A DNA stretch of 64,000 nucleotides from a virus: the UHGV virus genome UHGV-1364187, one strand, 5' to 3'. Under the pieces are notes generated by a model. The model ran no database searches. It was not told where the DNA came from and worked only from the letters and a program-made list of their open reading frames with translations. Positions within the stretch are counted from its first letter, which is position 1. The number at the start of each line of letters is the position of its first letter. This document shows positions 8,829 to 18,479 of this stretch, piece after piece. A program made the position numbers and the translations under genes.

Positions 8829-9020
8829 TTAATTTAAATTATTCTTAATCATATCACATTCGTCAATCATATCTTGAACTAATGATTTTACAATCTCTAA
8901 TACTGATTTTTTATCGTCAATATTATCTACTACAATTAGTGTATGTAATGATTCTTGTAATACTTCAATCTGATCGTTAAATAAAACTTCTACTTCTTCT
9001 CTTAATTCTTTCTTTTCCAT
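8829..9020 (-). CDS. Small acidic coiled-coil protein, 63 aa
   Basis: Upstream cassette at 9071-9102. The leader is duplicated at 16903-16990. Confidence 0.45.
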   Translation of the reverse strand: MEKKELREEVEVLFNDQIEVLQESLHTLIVVDNIDDKKSVLEIVKSLVQDMIDECDMIKNNLN

Positions 9021-9115
9021 AACTAAACAACTCCTTTAAATTTTTAGTAACATAGACTATTTACAATCATCTATATTCACCTTAATAATATATAAGTGAA
9101 ATATGAGACTTTTAC

Positions 9116-9156
9116 AAAAAAAATAAAAGAAGAGTCCAAATGGACTCTTCTTTATT
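9116..9156. terminator. Bidirectional intrinsic terminator
   Basis: aaataaaagaagagtccaaatggactcttctttattt. Confidence 0.7.
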
Positions 9157-9598
9157 TACTTTCTATTCTATAAGTTGTATCGTATGGTGTACTATACGAG
9201 TTAACTTTAAATCCCAATTTCTCTAATCTTTTTATTTCAGCATTAGAAAAATTATATTGATATGAAGACACTTCTATTGAGATACAATCTTTTGAAATGC
9301 TAGCAAGAAGTTTTTCAACGTTATTAGGTTCTCTTGCAGATTTATAATCATCTGCTTTACATTCTCTTTCAATATCTATATTATACTTAGAATAGAAATT
9401 TTCATGATCTAATATTGGTTCGAGATTATCAAGTACAATCCAGTGTTCTTTACTCCAATTATCAGTCTGGGTTAAACAAAATGCACGAGCTTCTATTCTA
9501 TCAGATTTGATTTCTGCATCTAATATTATATACAAGTTATCATCGTATCTGTATATATTAAATGGTTCATTTTTGAAGTCTTCTAATTTCATTTCCAA
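9152..9598 (-). CDS. Hypothetical protein, 148 aa
   Basis: ORF between terminator 9116-9156 and the ThyA gene. Confidence 0.45.
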   Translation of the reverse strand: MEMKLEDFKNEPFNIYRYDDNLYIILDAEIKSDRIEARAFCLTQTDNWSKEHWIVLDNLEPILDHENFYSKYNIDIERECKADDYKSAREPNNVEKLLASISKDCISIEVSSYQYNFSNAEIKRLEKLGFKVNSYSTPYDTTYRIESK

Positions 9599-9689
9599 TA
9601 TTTCTCTTTGTCTTTCTTGTATTTCTTTTTATAATTGATTATATCTTTCTTTATCCATCTTAAATTCTCTCCTTTTATTATATAATTAT

Positions 9690-10697
9690 TTAAATTGCTA
9701 CTGAAGCTTTAATAGCATCACCACATTTATATCCATTAATCTTAATATCTTCTAGTTTAATATTTCTAATATCTTCGCCTAATAGATCTTTAGTAAATTC
9801 AATCTTAGGTAAGTCGTATAATTCTCTAGATAGATATTCTTTTGCCTGATCAATATGATTTTGGTAAATATGTGTATCGCCAAAATTATATGTCATTGTT
9901 CCAACTTGTAATCCACTAATAGCACCCATCATATGTAAAAAGATTCCATATTCTGCTAAATCAAATGGAACCCCTAGAATACTGTCAGCACTACGTTGAT
10001 TTACAATCATATGTAATTTATCATTGATTACTAAAAACTGGATAGAAAATACACAAGGTGGTAAATCTACATAAGGAACACTAGCAGTATTCCATGAATT
10101 AAGAATAATTCTTCTTGAATCTGATTTACTCTTAATAAGTTTTTGTGTAATATCTAATTGGTCTACAATGTTCACAACGACTTCTTGTTCTTGAGTATTC
10201 ATATTATTCATTTCTACATGTTTATTATACTTCCAAGCATTACCATAGATATCTTCATATACTGTAAGTTCTCTAGATGTAATTTCATCATTAAGAATCT
10301 TTTGTTCAAAGATATCGAGTTGTTCTCTATATAGTTTAGCAAATTCTTCATCCTTATCTTTTAATACAGTCCAATTGTCTGGGAATACTGGTCCTGTATA
10401 TTTTTCATTTTCTGGGCATTTTCCCTCAATATATCTTTTAAATTTCCATTCTGTCCAGATATGTACATTTTGCTCTAATAATGTCTTTAAGTTTTGTTCT
10501 CCATTAATGAACCATAAAAGTTCTTTAATAGCTGTTCTATAAGCAGTTCTTTTTCCAGTAACAATAGGAACACTACCATCTGATAAATCAAATTTCATAC
10601 TATAACCAGGAATACGGATAGTTCCTACTCCAGTTCGGTCTGTGCTAACTTCACCTGTTTCTAAAATAGTTTTAATCATTTCTTTATATTGTTTCAT
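9690..10697 (-). CDS. thyA: Thymidylate synthase (ThyA family)
   Basis: The N-terminus DRTGVGTIRIPGYSMKFDLS matches the ThyA pattern DRTGTGT..FG.QMRFDL. The ELLWF motif is present. The active-site cysteine sits in a DLPPC context (LPPCVFSIQF). Confidence 0.9.
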   Translation of the reverse strand: MKQYKEMIKTILETGEVSTDRTGVGTIRIPGYSMKFDLSDGSVPIVTGKRTAYRTAIKELLWFINGEQNLKTLLEQNVHIWTEWKFKRYIEGKCPENEKYTGPVFPDNWTVLKDKDEEFAKLYREQLDIFEQKILNDEITSRELTVYEDIYGNAWKYNKHVEMNNMNTQEQEVVVNIVDQLDITQKLIKSKSDSRRIILNSWNTASVPYVDLPPCVFSIQFLVINDKLHMIVNQRSADSILGVPFDLAEYGIFLHMMGAISGLQVGTMTYNFGDTHIYQNHIDQAKEYLSRELYDLPKIEFTKDLLGEDIRNIKLEDIKINGYKCGDAIKASVAI

Positions 10698-10750
10698 AAC
10701 TATTAACCTCTCTTTTCTAATGTAATTATATATAAGTTTATGGGTGGTTA

Positions 10751-10790
10751 AAAAAATAAAAAAAAGAAGAGGATTAATCCTCTTCTATAA
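10751..10790. terminator. Intrinsic terminator downstream of ThyA
   Basis: aaaaaaataaaaaaaagaagaggattaatcctcttct. Confidence 0.65.
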
Positions 10791-10794
10791 ATTG

Positions 10795-11382
10795 TTATAT
10801 GATATGTTCAGCTGCTTCGATGACTTCACGTCTATTGCATGTGGTAGCATTAATACGTTGTTCTATGTGAATAATATTATCATCAGTACAAGCAGAAATA
10901 TTTAAAGTATTAAACTCAGTATTTAATCTAATAAGTAAATCTTTTATTGTGAAATTCTGTTTCAATGGTTTATTGATATCAATATCAATAAGCATATATC
11001 TATCTTCATCACCATAATATCTAGTTGTTACATGATATCTAGATTTTATGTCAATATTCTTAGACTCTTTATTGTTTATACAATTTGATAATTTTTCATA
11101 TAGGTCAGAAACATCTAAACAATACTGACTACGTGCTCTAATATAATCTATAGTATTTGTTAAAAATTTAGCTTCTTTTTTAGTTATCTTGATATAATAT
11201 TCAGTATTTTCATCTTCAAATTCTTTAAGTTCTTTTTTGATGAATTCTTCATTTAGAATGATATAATTAATAGAACCTTTATATTCTATATATAGAACAT
11301 TTAGTTTTATACAATCAACAAGTTCATGTGTTATATGTGTATCTGTATCAAATTGTATAGTCTCTTCATAAGACATTTTCAA
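10795..11382 (-). CDS. Hypothetical protein, 195 aa
   Basis: ORF preceded by a 28-codon uORF with RBS (about 11383-11470). Confidence 0.4.
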   Translation of the reverse strand: MKMSYEETIQFDTDTHITHELVDCIKLNVLYIEYKGSINYIILNEEFIKKELKEFEDENTEYYIKITKKEAKFLTNTIDYIRARSQYCLDVSDLYEKLSNCINNKESKNIDIKSRYHVTTRYYGDEDRYMLIDIDINKPLKQNFTIKDLLIRLNTEFNTLNISACTDDNIIHIEQRINATTCNRREVIEAAEHII

Positions 11383-11494
11383 TTCATTAACTATATAATC
11401 ATATAGTACAGATTTCCCATTTTAGTTAATTTCTCTTTTAATACTTCCATTTTCTCTTTATCTACAAATTTTCTCATTATAATCTCTCCTTTTT

Positions 11495-12532
11495 TTACAT
11501 ATGTTTTAATTGATTTAATACTTCTGCTTGAATATCTGATGGGGTTGCTGGTAATGATAATTTTGGTAAAATATCTTCTGGTTTAGCTTCAAGTTTCTCA
11601 ATTAGCTCAATAGCATATTCTCTTTCTAGTAAAGGAACTTCAACTTTAAGATCAAATCTACCACTTCTAGTAACAGCATCGTCTACTCTATCTATATAAT
11701 TTGTTGTTGCTATAAATATTACATCGTTAATAGATGCAATACCATCTAGTACATTAAGTATATCACCAATAACATTCATTGTTTCTTTATTATCATCTGT
11801 AATTGATTCGTCACGTCTACCAACGTAACAATCAATATCTTCTAATACAATTACACATTTTTCTATAGAACCCATATTTCTCAAGTTACTAATTGTTATT
11901 GGTGTTGTTATAACTACTGAGTATTCTAAATAATTAGCAATTGCTTGGATTAATGATGTCTTTCCACCTCCTTTAGGACCATATAAAACTATACCACCTT
12001 TATATGAAATATTGTGTCTACGATAATAATCTTTATTAGAGATCCACATATCTAAATAATCTTTATTTTTTTCTTTACTTGGAGTTACAATATCGTCAAA
12101 TGTCTTAGTTGGTAAATCTAATAAACCATTAAACTCAGTGCTTTTAATTTTACCTTTTCTACACCCAACAGTTATATTATCCTGGATCTCTTTCATATAT
12201 TTTCTAGAATTAATACCAGTTAGTTTACACTTTAAAGCTGACATTGTATCTTTATTATTATTACACATTATTTCACACACTTCAAATTCCATTCTGGTAA
12301 ATTTATATACATTGAAAGAATATTTACCATCTGGTAAGAAGTAAGTTTTTCCATTATCACATGTACATTTAAGAGTATCAAATTTATGAGTATTTTTAAA
12401 TATCCAATCGTATGTAAAATTAAATCCATATCTACTTGCAAGTTTACAGAACTCAATAGTGTATCTATCATTTACTTTCTTGTAAACAATCTTTCCTAAA
12501 CTTACTGTAGCTGCTGTAGCTAAAGATACCAT
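11495..12532 (-). CDS. AAA+ family ATPase
   Basis: Walker A motif GPKGGGKTSL and Walker B motif VIVLEDID, with SRH-like sequence. An N-terminal domain of about 200 aa has no assignable function. Confidence 0.75.
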   Translation of the reverse strand: MVSLATAATVSLGKIVYKKVNDRYTIEFCKLASRYGFNFTYDWIFKNTHKFDTLKCTCDNGKTYFLPDGKYSFNVYKFTRMEFEVCEIMCNNNKDTMSALKCKLTGINSRKYMKEIQDNITVGCRKGKIKSTEFNGLLDLPTKTFDDIVTPSKEKNKDYLDMWISNKDYYRRHNISYKGGIVLYGPKGGGKTSLIQAIANYLEYSVVITTPITISNLRNMGSIEKCVIVLEDIDCYVGRRDESITDDNKETMNVIGDILNVLDGIASINDVIFIATTNYIDRVDDAVTRSGRFDLKVEVPLLEREYAIELIEKLEAKPEDILPKLSLPATPSDIQAEVLNQLKHM

Positions 12533-12639
12533 AATTTCTTTTTTTCATTGATTTTAACATATTATATTTCATAATAAAAAACATCTCCTTTAATATTATT
12601 ATTCAATTATATAATATATAATTAAAACTATTTTACTAC

Positions 12640-12682
12640 AAAAAAATAAAGACTAAGAGATAATACTCTTAGTCTTTATATA
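12640..12682. terminator. Intrinsic terminator
   Basis: aaaaaaataaagactaagagataatactcttagtctttata. Confidence 0.65.
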
Positions 12683-13579
12683 TTAAGCTATGTTTAAAGA
12701 ATCGGTACAAACCTTTCTAAAATCATCACTATATATCAATCTATCCCAAGGTCTTACAAAGAACATTACGTTATGATAGTGTTTACATAGATAAGATAAT
12801 TTTTCTAATCTTTGATTATCATTGAGTTCATTAGTATTACTCCAAGAATGATAATATGTATCATGTGACTCAAAGAACCTTACTGATCCTCTATCCATAT
12901 TAGCGTACTCATCAACTAATACTTTACACTGTTTTGTATATTTATTAAGTAAATATGTAGGGCAATTTAGACATTCTCCATATATAAACTTATCTTTATA
13001 TCTAGAGAATACATTATACCATATATTACATCCCTCTTCTGGTAATGCATAATGTTTACACATATCTAGTCTAAATCCATCACATCCTAGACTAAATAAT
13101 TCATCTAAGAATGGAACATAGACTTTTTCTTGTAGTTCTGTACTTTTATAATCTAATCTTGGCATTCCCCAACACCCGTTTATTATATCAAATCTATTAT
13201 CTGGATTGGTATAATCTTGTGTTATTATATACTTTAACAATTCTTTATCTACATCTTGATGTGGTTCTAGTTTTCCATTATCATTTCCAGCAACATGTCT
13301 CATTACTACATCTGGAAATACAAATATATCATATTTATGTGATTCTTTACATAAATCTCTTAAATCATCTTTAGTTCCTAGTCTATTTCCTATATTAAAA
13401 TTTAGTATTTGATATAGCTTCCACCATTCTTTATCGGCATTGTATTCATTTATACTTTTACATTCTGTAACTGGTGAAGTTTGTATAGCGTCAACTCCTT
13501 GATATTTAAAGAATTCTATATTTTCAGTAACATTGGTAAGTCTCCAGTTGAAAGTGTTTAAAATAATCATAATAAGCAC
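12683..13579 (-). CDS. Glycoside hydrolase family 13 (alpha-amylase family) enzyme, compact form
   Basis: All four GH13 conserved regions are present: region I DVVMRH, region II GFRLDMCKH (nucleophile Asp), region III YGECL (acid/base Glu), region IV FFESHD. An N-terminal GVDAIQTSPV matches the beta2 strand. Confidence 0.6.
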   Translation of the reverse strand: MLIMIILNTFNWRLTNVTENIEFFKYQGVDAIQTSPVTECKSINEYNADKEWWKLYQILNFNIGNRLGTKDDLRDLCKESHKYDIFVFPDVVMRHVAGNDNGKLEPHQDVDKELLKYIITQDYTNPDNRFDIINGCWGMPRLDYKSTELQEKVYVPFLDELFSLGCDGFRLDMCKHYALPEEGCNIWYNVFSRYKDKFIYGECLNCPTYLLNKYTKQCKVLVDEYANMDRGSVRFFESHDTYYHSWSNTNELNDNQRLEKLSYLCKHYHNVMFFVRPWDRLIYSDDFRKVCTDSLNIA

Positions 13580-13669
13580 CTCCTATAATTACCAATTTTT
13601 TACATTTATGTTAACTTACATTCTATACTTGAAAAATAAAAGAGTACACATGTACTCTTTTATTATAAC

Positions 13670-14632
13670 TTACTTTTTACACATCATAATAATATGTTGT
13701 ATTAAATATTTATTAGTAATATCTACATTATACATTTTTATAGATATAATACAACAATCACCAACATTAATGGTTTCAGAAGAAAGCTTATATCCCAATA
13801 AACTAAGTACCTGTAAAAGTTTTTGTACATTAACTTTGCTATTATCTACAGTAAATTGGTATACATCTTCTACTATATTTGAACTCTTTTCATAATTCTC
13901 TACAAGTTTAACTATATATTCTTCATTAATCTCATAAGTATATGTAGATTTATTATATAAAACATCATATAGAATATTATTTTTATCAAATGTAATATTA
14001 TATAATATAATATTATTAGTATTACCATATAAATATACACTATTCATTACAATAACAACATTTATATCATCACTCTTATCATATCGTTCTAATAGATCTT
14101 TTGTAACAAGTTTATTTATAATGAAATTTTGACCATATTTTTCAATATACTGAATATATTTCTTATGAATGTCTTGCATATGATACATATAGTCAATAAT
14201 ATCATCAATCTTTCCTATGTACATTAAACCTTTGTCTGTTATAATATGTAAATTATTATCAATATGTGTAAGACATTCACTTTCCATATCAATATTGGTT
14301 GCACTTTGCATATTATTTCTGATAAGATAATTATATATAACAGATTTAATATCACTAAATTTCATAATCCAATTAAACTTAAGATCATTCATTACATACT
14401 CATCATTAAGTTTGAATTTATCGCAACCTACTCTAGTAATTAGCTTAGTATCAATAATACCATAAGTTAAACATTCTGAGATAAATCCATTATGCTCATC
14501 ATTTTTATATTCTTCTCCAAATTGAAATTGTTTAATAAAGTTAATAAATATATCATTATATTTTTCTTCTTTCATTTTCTTTACTAAAACTTGCATCTTT
14601 TCTTGATTTGTGAATTCTTTCATTATAAACAT
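13670..14632 (-). CDS. Hypothetical protein, 320 aa
   Basis: ORF with RBS aaaggagatgttt. Confidence 0.45.
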   Translation of the reverse strand: MFIMKEFTNQEKMQVLVKKMKEEKYNDIFINFIKQFQFGEEYKNDEHNGFISECLTYGIIDTKLITRVGCDKFKLNDEYVMNDLKFNWIMKFSDIKSVIYNYLIRNNMQSATNIDMESECLTHIDNNLHIITDKGLMYIGKIDDIIDYMYHMQDIHKKYIQYIEKYGQNFIINKLVTKDLLERYDKSDDINVVIVMNSVYLYGNTNNIILYNITFDKNNILYDVLYNKSTYTYEINEEYIVKLVENYEKSSNIVEDVYQFTVDNSKVNVQKLLQVLSLLGYKLSSETINVGDCCIISIKMYNVDITNKYLIQHIIMMCKK

Positions 14633-14735
14633 CTCCTTTAAAATTTACATTATTATTTATTATTAACAGATTTTCTGTTAATGATATTTATATCTTTCTT
14701 CTTTCGGAACAAGTATTGCTGGAACAACCATATGT

Positions 14736-15344
14736 TTACCATCTACATATTTTTGAACTATTAAGAAGTTGTTGTTGCATTTGCTGTATTTGATTGTTTA
14801 CATTTTGTTCCAAATTAGTTATTCTATTGTCGATATGATCACAAACATTTCCTAACATACTAGACACTACTCTAGTTATATCATATGTAAGCTGTTGTGA
14901 ATTAAAATGGAATTTAGTTTCACCTAAATCATCTTTGATATACGTTTCATTCATATTACCATATATCGCTTCCATTATATTTTCAGCATCAACTACAGGA
15001 TTAGATACATGATAATTTGGATTATGTTGATTTGATGTATATTGTCCAGTGTGATAAATATCTATAAGAACTTCATGTGTAACCCAATTAAAGAACTCTG
15101 TAGCTTTTGGCATTCTAGAACTTTTCACTAAATCCAATAGACCTGATAAAGAAACAAATGTCATATTATTTCGTCTTCCTAAAGAATCGACGCTACTCCA
15201 AATCGACGTATCGTCCTTTTTACAATGTTTACGTATTGCATCATTTGTCCTTGAATATCCTAAAATCTCACATACATCTCTACCACAATATAATACATCT
15301 TGTTCGTTTCCTCCTTCTGGTATAATAAATTCTAACATTTCCAA
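14736..15344 (-). CDS. Bro-N / KilA-N family protein (anti-repressor-like)
   Basis: DVLYCGRDVCEILGYSRTNDAIRKHCK and ATEFFNWVTHEVL fit the Bro-N pattern. A 14-codon uORF and a 15-bp perfect palindrome lie upstream. Confidence 0.55.
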   Translation of the reverse strand: MEMLEFIIPEGGNEQDVLYCGRDVCEILGYSRTNDAIRKHCKKDDTSIWSSVDSLGRRNNMTFVSLSGLLDLVKSSRMPKATEFFNWVTHEVLIDIYHTGQYTSNQHNPNYHVSNPVVDAENIMEAIYGNMNETYIKDDLGETKFHFNSQQLTYDITRVVSSMLGNVCDHIDNRITNLEQNVNNQIQQMQQQLLNSSKICRW

Positions 15345-15422
15345 ATGTTCATTGTAATAATTCTTGAACTACATTGTTTTTATCTTGTTCCATAATATTA
15401 TCCTCCATAATGTTTAAAATTT

Positions 15423-15456
15423 ATAGTGAATATAGATCATTCTATATTCACTATAA
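15423..15456. promoter_or_regulatory. Perfect 15-bp inverted repeat TATAGTGAATATAGA-tcat-TCTATATTCACTATA within the promoter region of the Bro-N gene
   Basis: Read directly from the sequence. It overlaps the conserved promoter motif, so it is a candidate operator. Confidence 0.45.
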
Positions 15457-15488
15457 TAATATATAATTGTAAATCGTTTTACTATATT

Positions 15489-15740
15489 CTATTTATAATT
15501 GAAACTAAAGACATAAGCATTATAATATCTTAATTTATACACCTCATCAATTTCAATCTCCTCATCTCCTAGAAGATATGTTCCTCTTTTTGGTGCATGT
15601 GTTCGGTTATCTTCAAACCAATCACACATAACCATAATCATTAACTTTCCATCATATTCAACAAACATACCTTTTGTCATGCTTGTTGATTTTTCTTTCT
15701 CTTTGTTCTTATTTGTTTTAAAATAAGATATCCATTCCAT
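15489..15740 (-). CDS. Hypothetical protein, 83 aa
   Basis: ORF only. Confidence 0.35.
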   Translation of the reverse strand: MEWISYFKTNKNKEKEKSTSMTKGMFVEYDGKLMIMVMCDWFEDNRTHAPKRGTYLLGDEEIEIDEVYKLRYYNAYVFSFNYK

Positions 15741-15856
15741 TTATAATTTAATCTGTATGAAACGTATCCTCTAAAATATCCCATACAATAATCTATATCA
15801 TTGTCAGATATAGATGGTACCATACCCCCTTAATTGTTCATTAATTTCCATAATTA

Positions 15857-16222
15857 TTATCTCCTTTCATAATCTATAATTAATATAACAAATTTACCTT
15901 CATATGATGATAGTTCTTTTAGTATATCATGTCCACCTATATTGAACTTTCTATCTGTATATAAATAATCAGATGTTTCTGACCAATTTATATTATATTG
16001 TGTATCTAATGTACCATTTATACTATTACATATAAGATTTTGTGCTTCTTCTAGTGTACACTCTTTATCTGATATAAAGTATTTAACAGAAGATTCACAA
16101 TGAACTATACCGTAGTCATTTGTTATTTCTTCTAAAAGATTTAGATCATCAATATATAAATCATATTCTAAATCTTCTGCTTCTATTAATTTGATAAATC
16201 CACTAATTACTAAAGTTCTCAT
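15857..16222 (-). CDS. Hypothetical acidic protein, 121 aa
   Basis: ORF only. Confidence 0.4.
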   Translation of the reverse strand: MRTLVISGFIKLIEAEDLEYDLYIDDLNLLEEITNDYGIVHCESSVKYFISDKECTLEEAQNLICNSINGTLDTQYNINWSETSDYLYTDRKFNIGGHDILKELSSYEGKFVILIIDYERR

Positions 16223-16639
16223 TTTTTATTTACCCACTTTCATATTTCTTTATGTTTTCTTAGACACTCTATATTTATCAAATATTATATAGTAATAATT
16301 GATATCTTTAACTTAGTATAAATACCATGTTAAAAAAATAAATACTAGAGATTTTACTCTCTAGTATTTATATTATCATTTATGCATTTTAGATTAATGA
16401 TTTATCTTTAATCTTCATCATTTGAATAAGTATCTATATAATATTCATCTTCTATAGAACTTGTATGAACAGTTTCCGTATTTAGTACTTTATCTACTAA
16501 TCTTATACTAATTTTACTAATAGCTTCACTTATTTTCTTAGATACATAATATGTAACTGCTACATATCAAACTAATTTTACTACAAATTTATATCCAGTC
16601 ATAACTTTTTCCATATTAAACTTTTTCATATCTTATCTC

Positions 16640-16903
16640 TCCTTTTTTATTATTTACTACTCTTCGATTTGTTCTTCTGATTCTCTTTTTAATACACTTT
16701 TAATTTTAGATGATATTTTTGTAAAAACTTTCTTAATAAAATCTACACCACTTGTCATCATAACGAATATACTAAGTACGAATGCTGCACCTATCACTGC
16801 ACCAACAATAATCTCTCCAACTACTGTGAAGATGTCCTTATCAATTTTCTTTGTCTAAAGCTTTCTTGTAATCATTTGCAAATTGTACTAACTCTTTTTT
16901 CAT
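16640..16903 (-). pseudogene. Frameshifted small membrane-protein gene. The leader and start are duplicated from the 9020 locus.
   Basis: ATG at 16903 with the same leader as 9020. After 20 codons a frame change is needed to continue into a 62-codon TM-containing frame (DKDIFTVVGEIIVGAVIGAAFVLSIFVMM..). A second small ORF at 16383-16605 carries an in-frame TGA. Confidence 0.35.
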
Positions 16904-16995
16904 AACTAAACAACTCATTTTAATTTTTAATAACATAGACTAATTGTAATCTATATTCATATTGATAATATATAACTAAAATTTTGAATATTTAC

Positions 16996-17035
16996 AAAAA
17001 ATAAAGAAGAGTCTAATGACTCTTCTTTTATTATT
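16996..17035. terminator. Intrinsic terminator
   Basis: aaaaaataaagaagagtctaatgactcttcttttatt. Confidence 0.65.
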
Positions 17036-17050
17036 TATTTTATATCTTTA

Positions 17051-17782
17051 CTATTTTTCTCCATATGGATATTCTTCATTAGATATTTCTTTTATAACTT
17101 TATAAAGCATATCTTGAAAATATCTCCATTCCATACACACATCTCTCTTACTATATGCGGAAGAACATTTTCCCTCATGTGGAACTAAATATTTTCCTCC
17201 AGAAGGTCTTTCTTCAAATGTAAATCTACATTTATCATCTACTAAGTTAGCACATTTACCTCCCCATGATGCTGTAATATAATTATCATCATTATCGTTT
17301 CTACTTCTTAGATAATAAACTTTGTCTAATTCATCTTTCTCACAATCAACATCCCCTTCCCAATAATCTAATGTAACTAGACCTTTCTTTAATAATTCCA
17401 ATATTCCATTAACACTAAAATCTTGTACATCATATGGGGATAACTCACATCCCATACAATTACAACAATTTCCTTTACATTCAGAGCATAGAGAGCAATC
17501 TTCATTGTTCTCTATGTATAAAAAGTTTATTACTTTATTAATACGTGTATATAAACCATATATACCTTTTCTTAATTTACCGAAGAATGCTTTTACGTTA
17601 TCCTCTGTTTTGACATGGTCTAATTCTTTAAGTTTTGTGTTATAATTGATAAGTCTTTCTTGTAGTTTGTAGATATGATTTCTTAATAAACCAGATCTAA
17701 TATCTGAAACAAAAGACATATCAATTGTTTCTGGGTGCTCTAATAGTTCTGATATTTTTGATTTTAATTCATTCTTATTCAT
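17051..17782 (-). CDS. Cysteine-rich hypothetical protein, 243 aa
   Basis: Cysteine cluster CSLCSECKGNCCNCMGCE, plus further cysteines towards the C-terminus. Start overlaps the stop of the upstream gene. Confidence 0.45.
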   Translation of the reverse strand: MNKNELKSKISELLEHPETIDMSFVSDIRSGLLRNHIYKLQERLINYNTKLKELDHVKTEDNVKAFFGKLRKGIYGLYTRINKVINFLYIENNEDCSLCSECKGNCCNCMGCELSPYDVQDFSVNGILELLKKGLVTLDYWEGDVDCEKDELDKVYYLRSRNDNDDNYITASWGGKCANLVDDKCRFTFEERPSGGKYLVPHEGKCSSAYSKRDVCMEWRYFQDMLYKVIKEISNEEYPYGEK

Positions 17783-18405
17783 TAATTAATCCCCTTTTCT
17801 TTAACAGTTTTTCTTTCTCTATCTAGAATCTTTTGTAAAGATTCTATTGCCGTATCATGTTGAATTTTGAATGATAGAGTATAATCTTTCTCTATATAAT
17901 TATCTAGATAATATATAGTCTTTTCAAGTATATCAAGTATATCATTACATTTGATATTATCATTCATATATCTCATACTAATCATAGCTTGTAATATGTC
18001 TAATACCATAAAATACAATGCAAATCTAGTATATCCATATTTTTTGTAATTATTTATATATAATTTAATAATGATAGTATTGTTTGTTGATTTTTGATCT
18101 ATTGAATGCACATAATATGTAATACTATCATCATTATACAAATCTTCTAATTTACCTATACAATACTCATATGTATTATTTATATCATTTTGTAATATAT
18201 TGCTTATACATATGATAGGTTCCATTGGACATTTAGAATATTTTACCATAGAATCTCTATATTTACTTAGAAATTCTGTAGTAGTGTTAAAGAATTCTAC
18301 AGAATCTTTAATTTTAAATTGATCAGTGTTTATTGGAAATTCTAGATCGATCTTATAAAAATACTTATATTTTAGAGTATCTATTAACTTGTTTAAGAAT
18401 TTCAT
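17782..18405 (-). CDS. Hypothetical protein, 207 aa
   Basis: ORF coupled to the downstream gene. Confidence 0.45.
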   Translation of the reverse strand: MKFLNKLIDTLKYKYFYKIDLEFPINTDQFKIKDSVEFFNTTTEFLSKYRDSMVKYSKCPMEPIICISNILQNDINNTYEYCIGKLEDLYNDDSITYYVHSIDQKSTNNTIIIKLYINNYKKYGYTRFALYFMVLDILQAMISMRYMNDNIKCNDILDILEKTIYYLDNYIEKDYTLSFKIQHDTAIESLQKILDRERKTVKEKGIN

Positions 18406-18479
18406 ACTACATACCTCCTAAGAATGGTACATTACTATCTTTTAGCTTTAATGTAAATTCTGTAATGAGATAATGATCT

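Noticed and set aside
16383-16903. Genome-wide stop-codon reassignment (TGA or TAG read as sense), as seen in some phages
   Set aside because: TAG and TGA are used as normal terminators of well-supported genes in this window. Examples are the dCMP deaminase TGA at 22543 and the TAG at 20953. In-frame stops are confined to two small degenerate ORFs, so local pseudogenisation is the simpler explanation.
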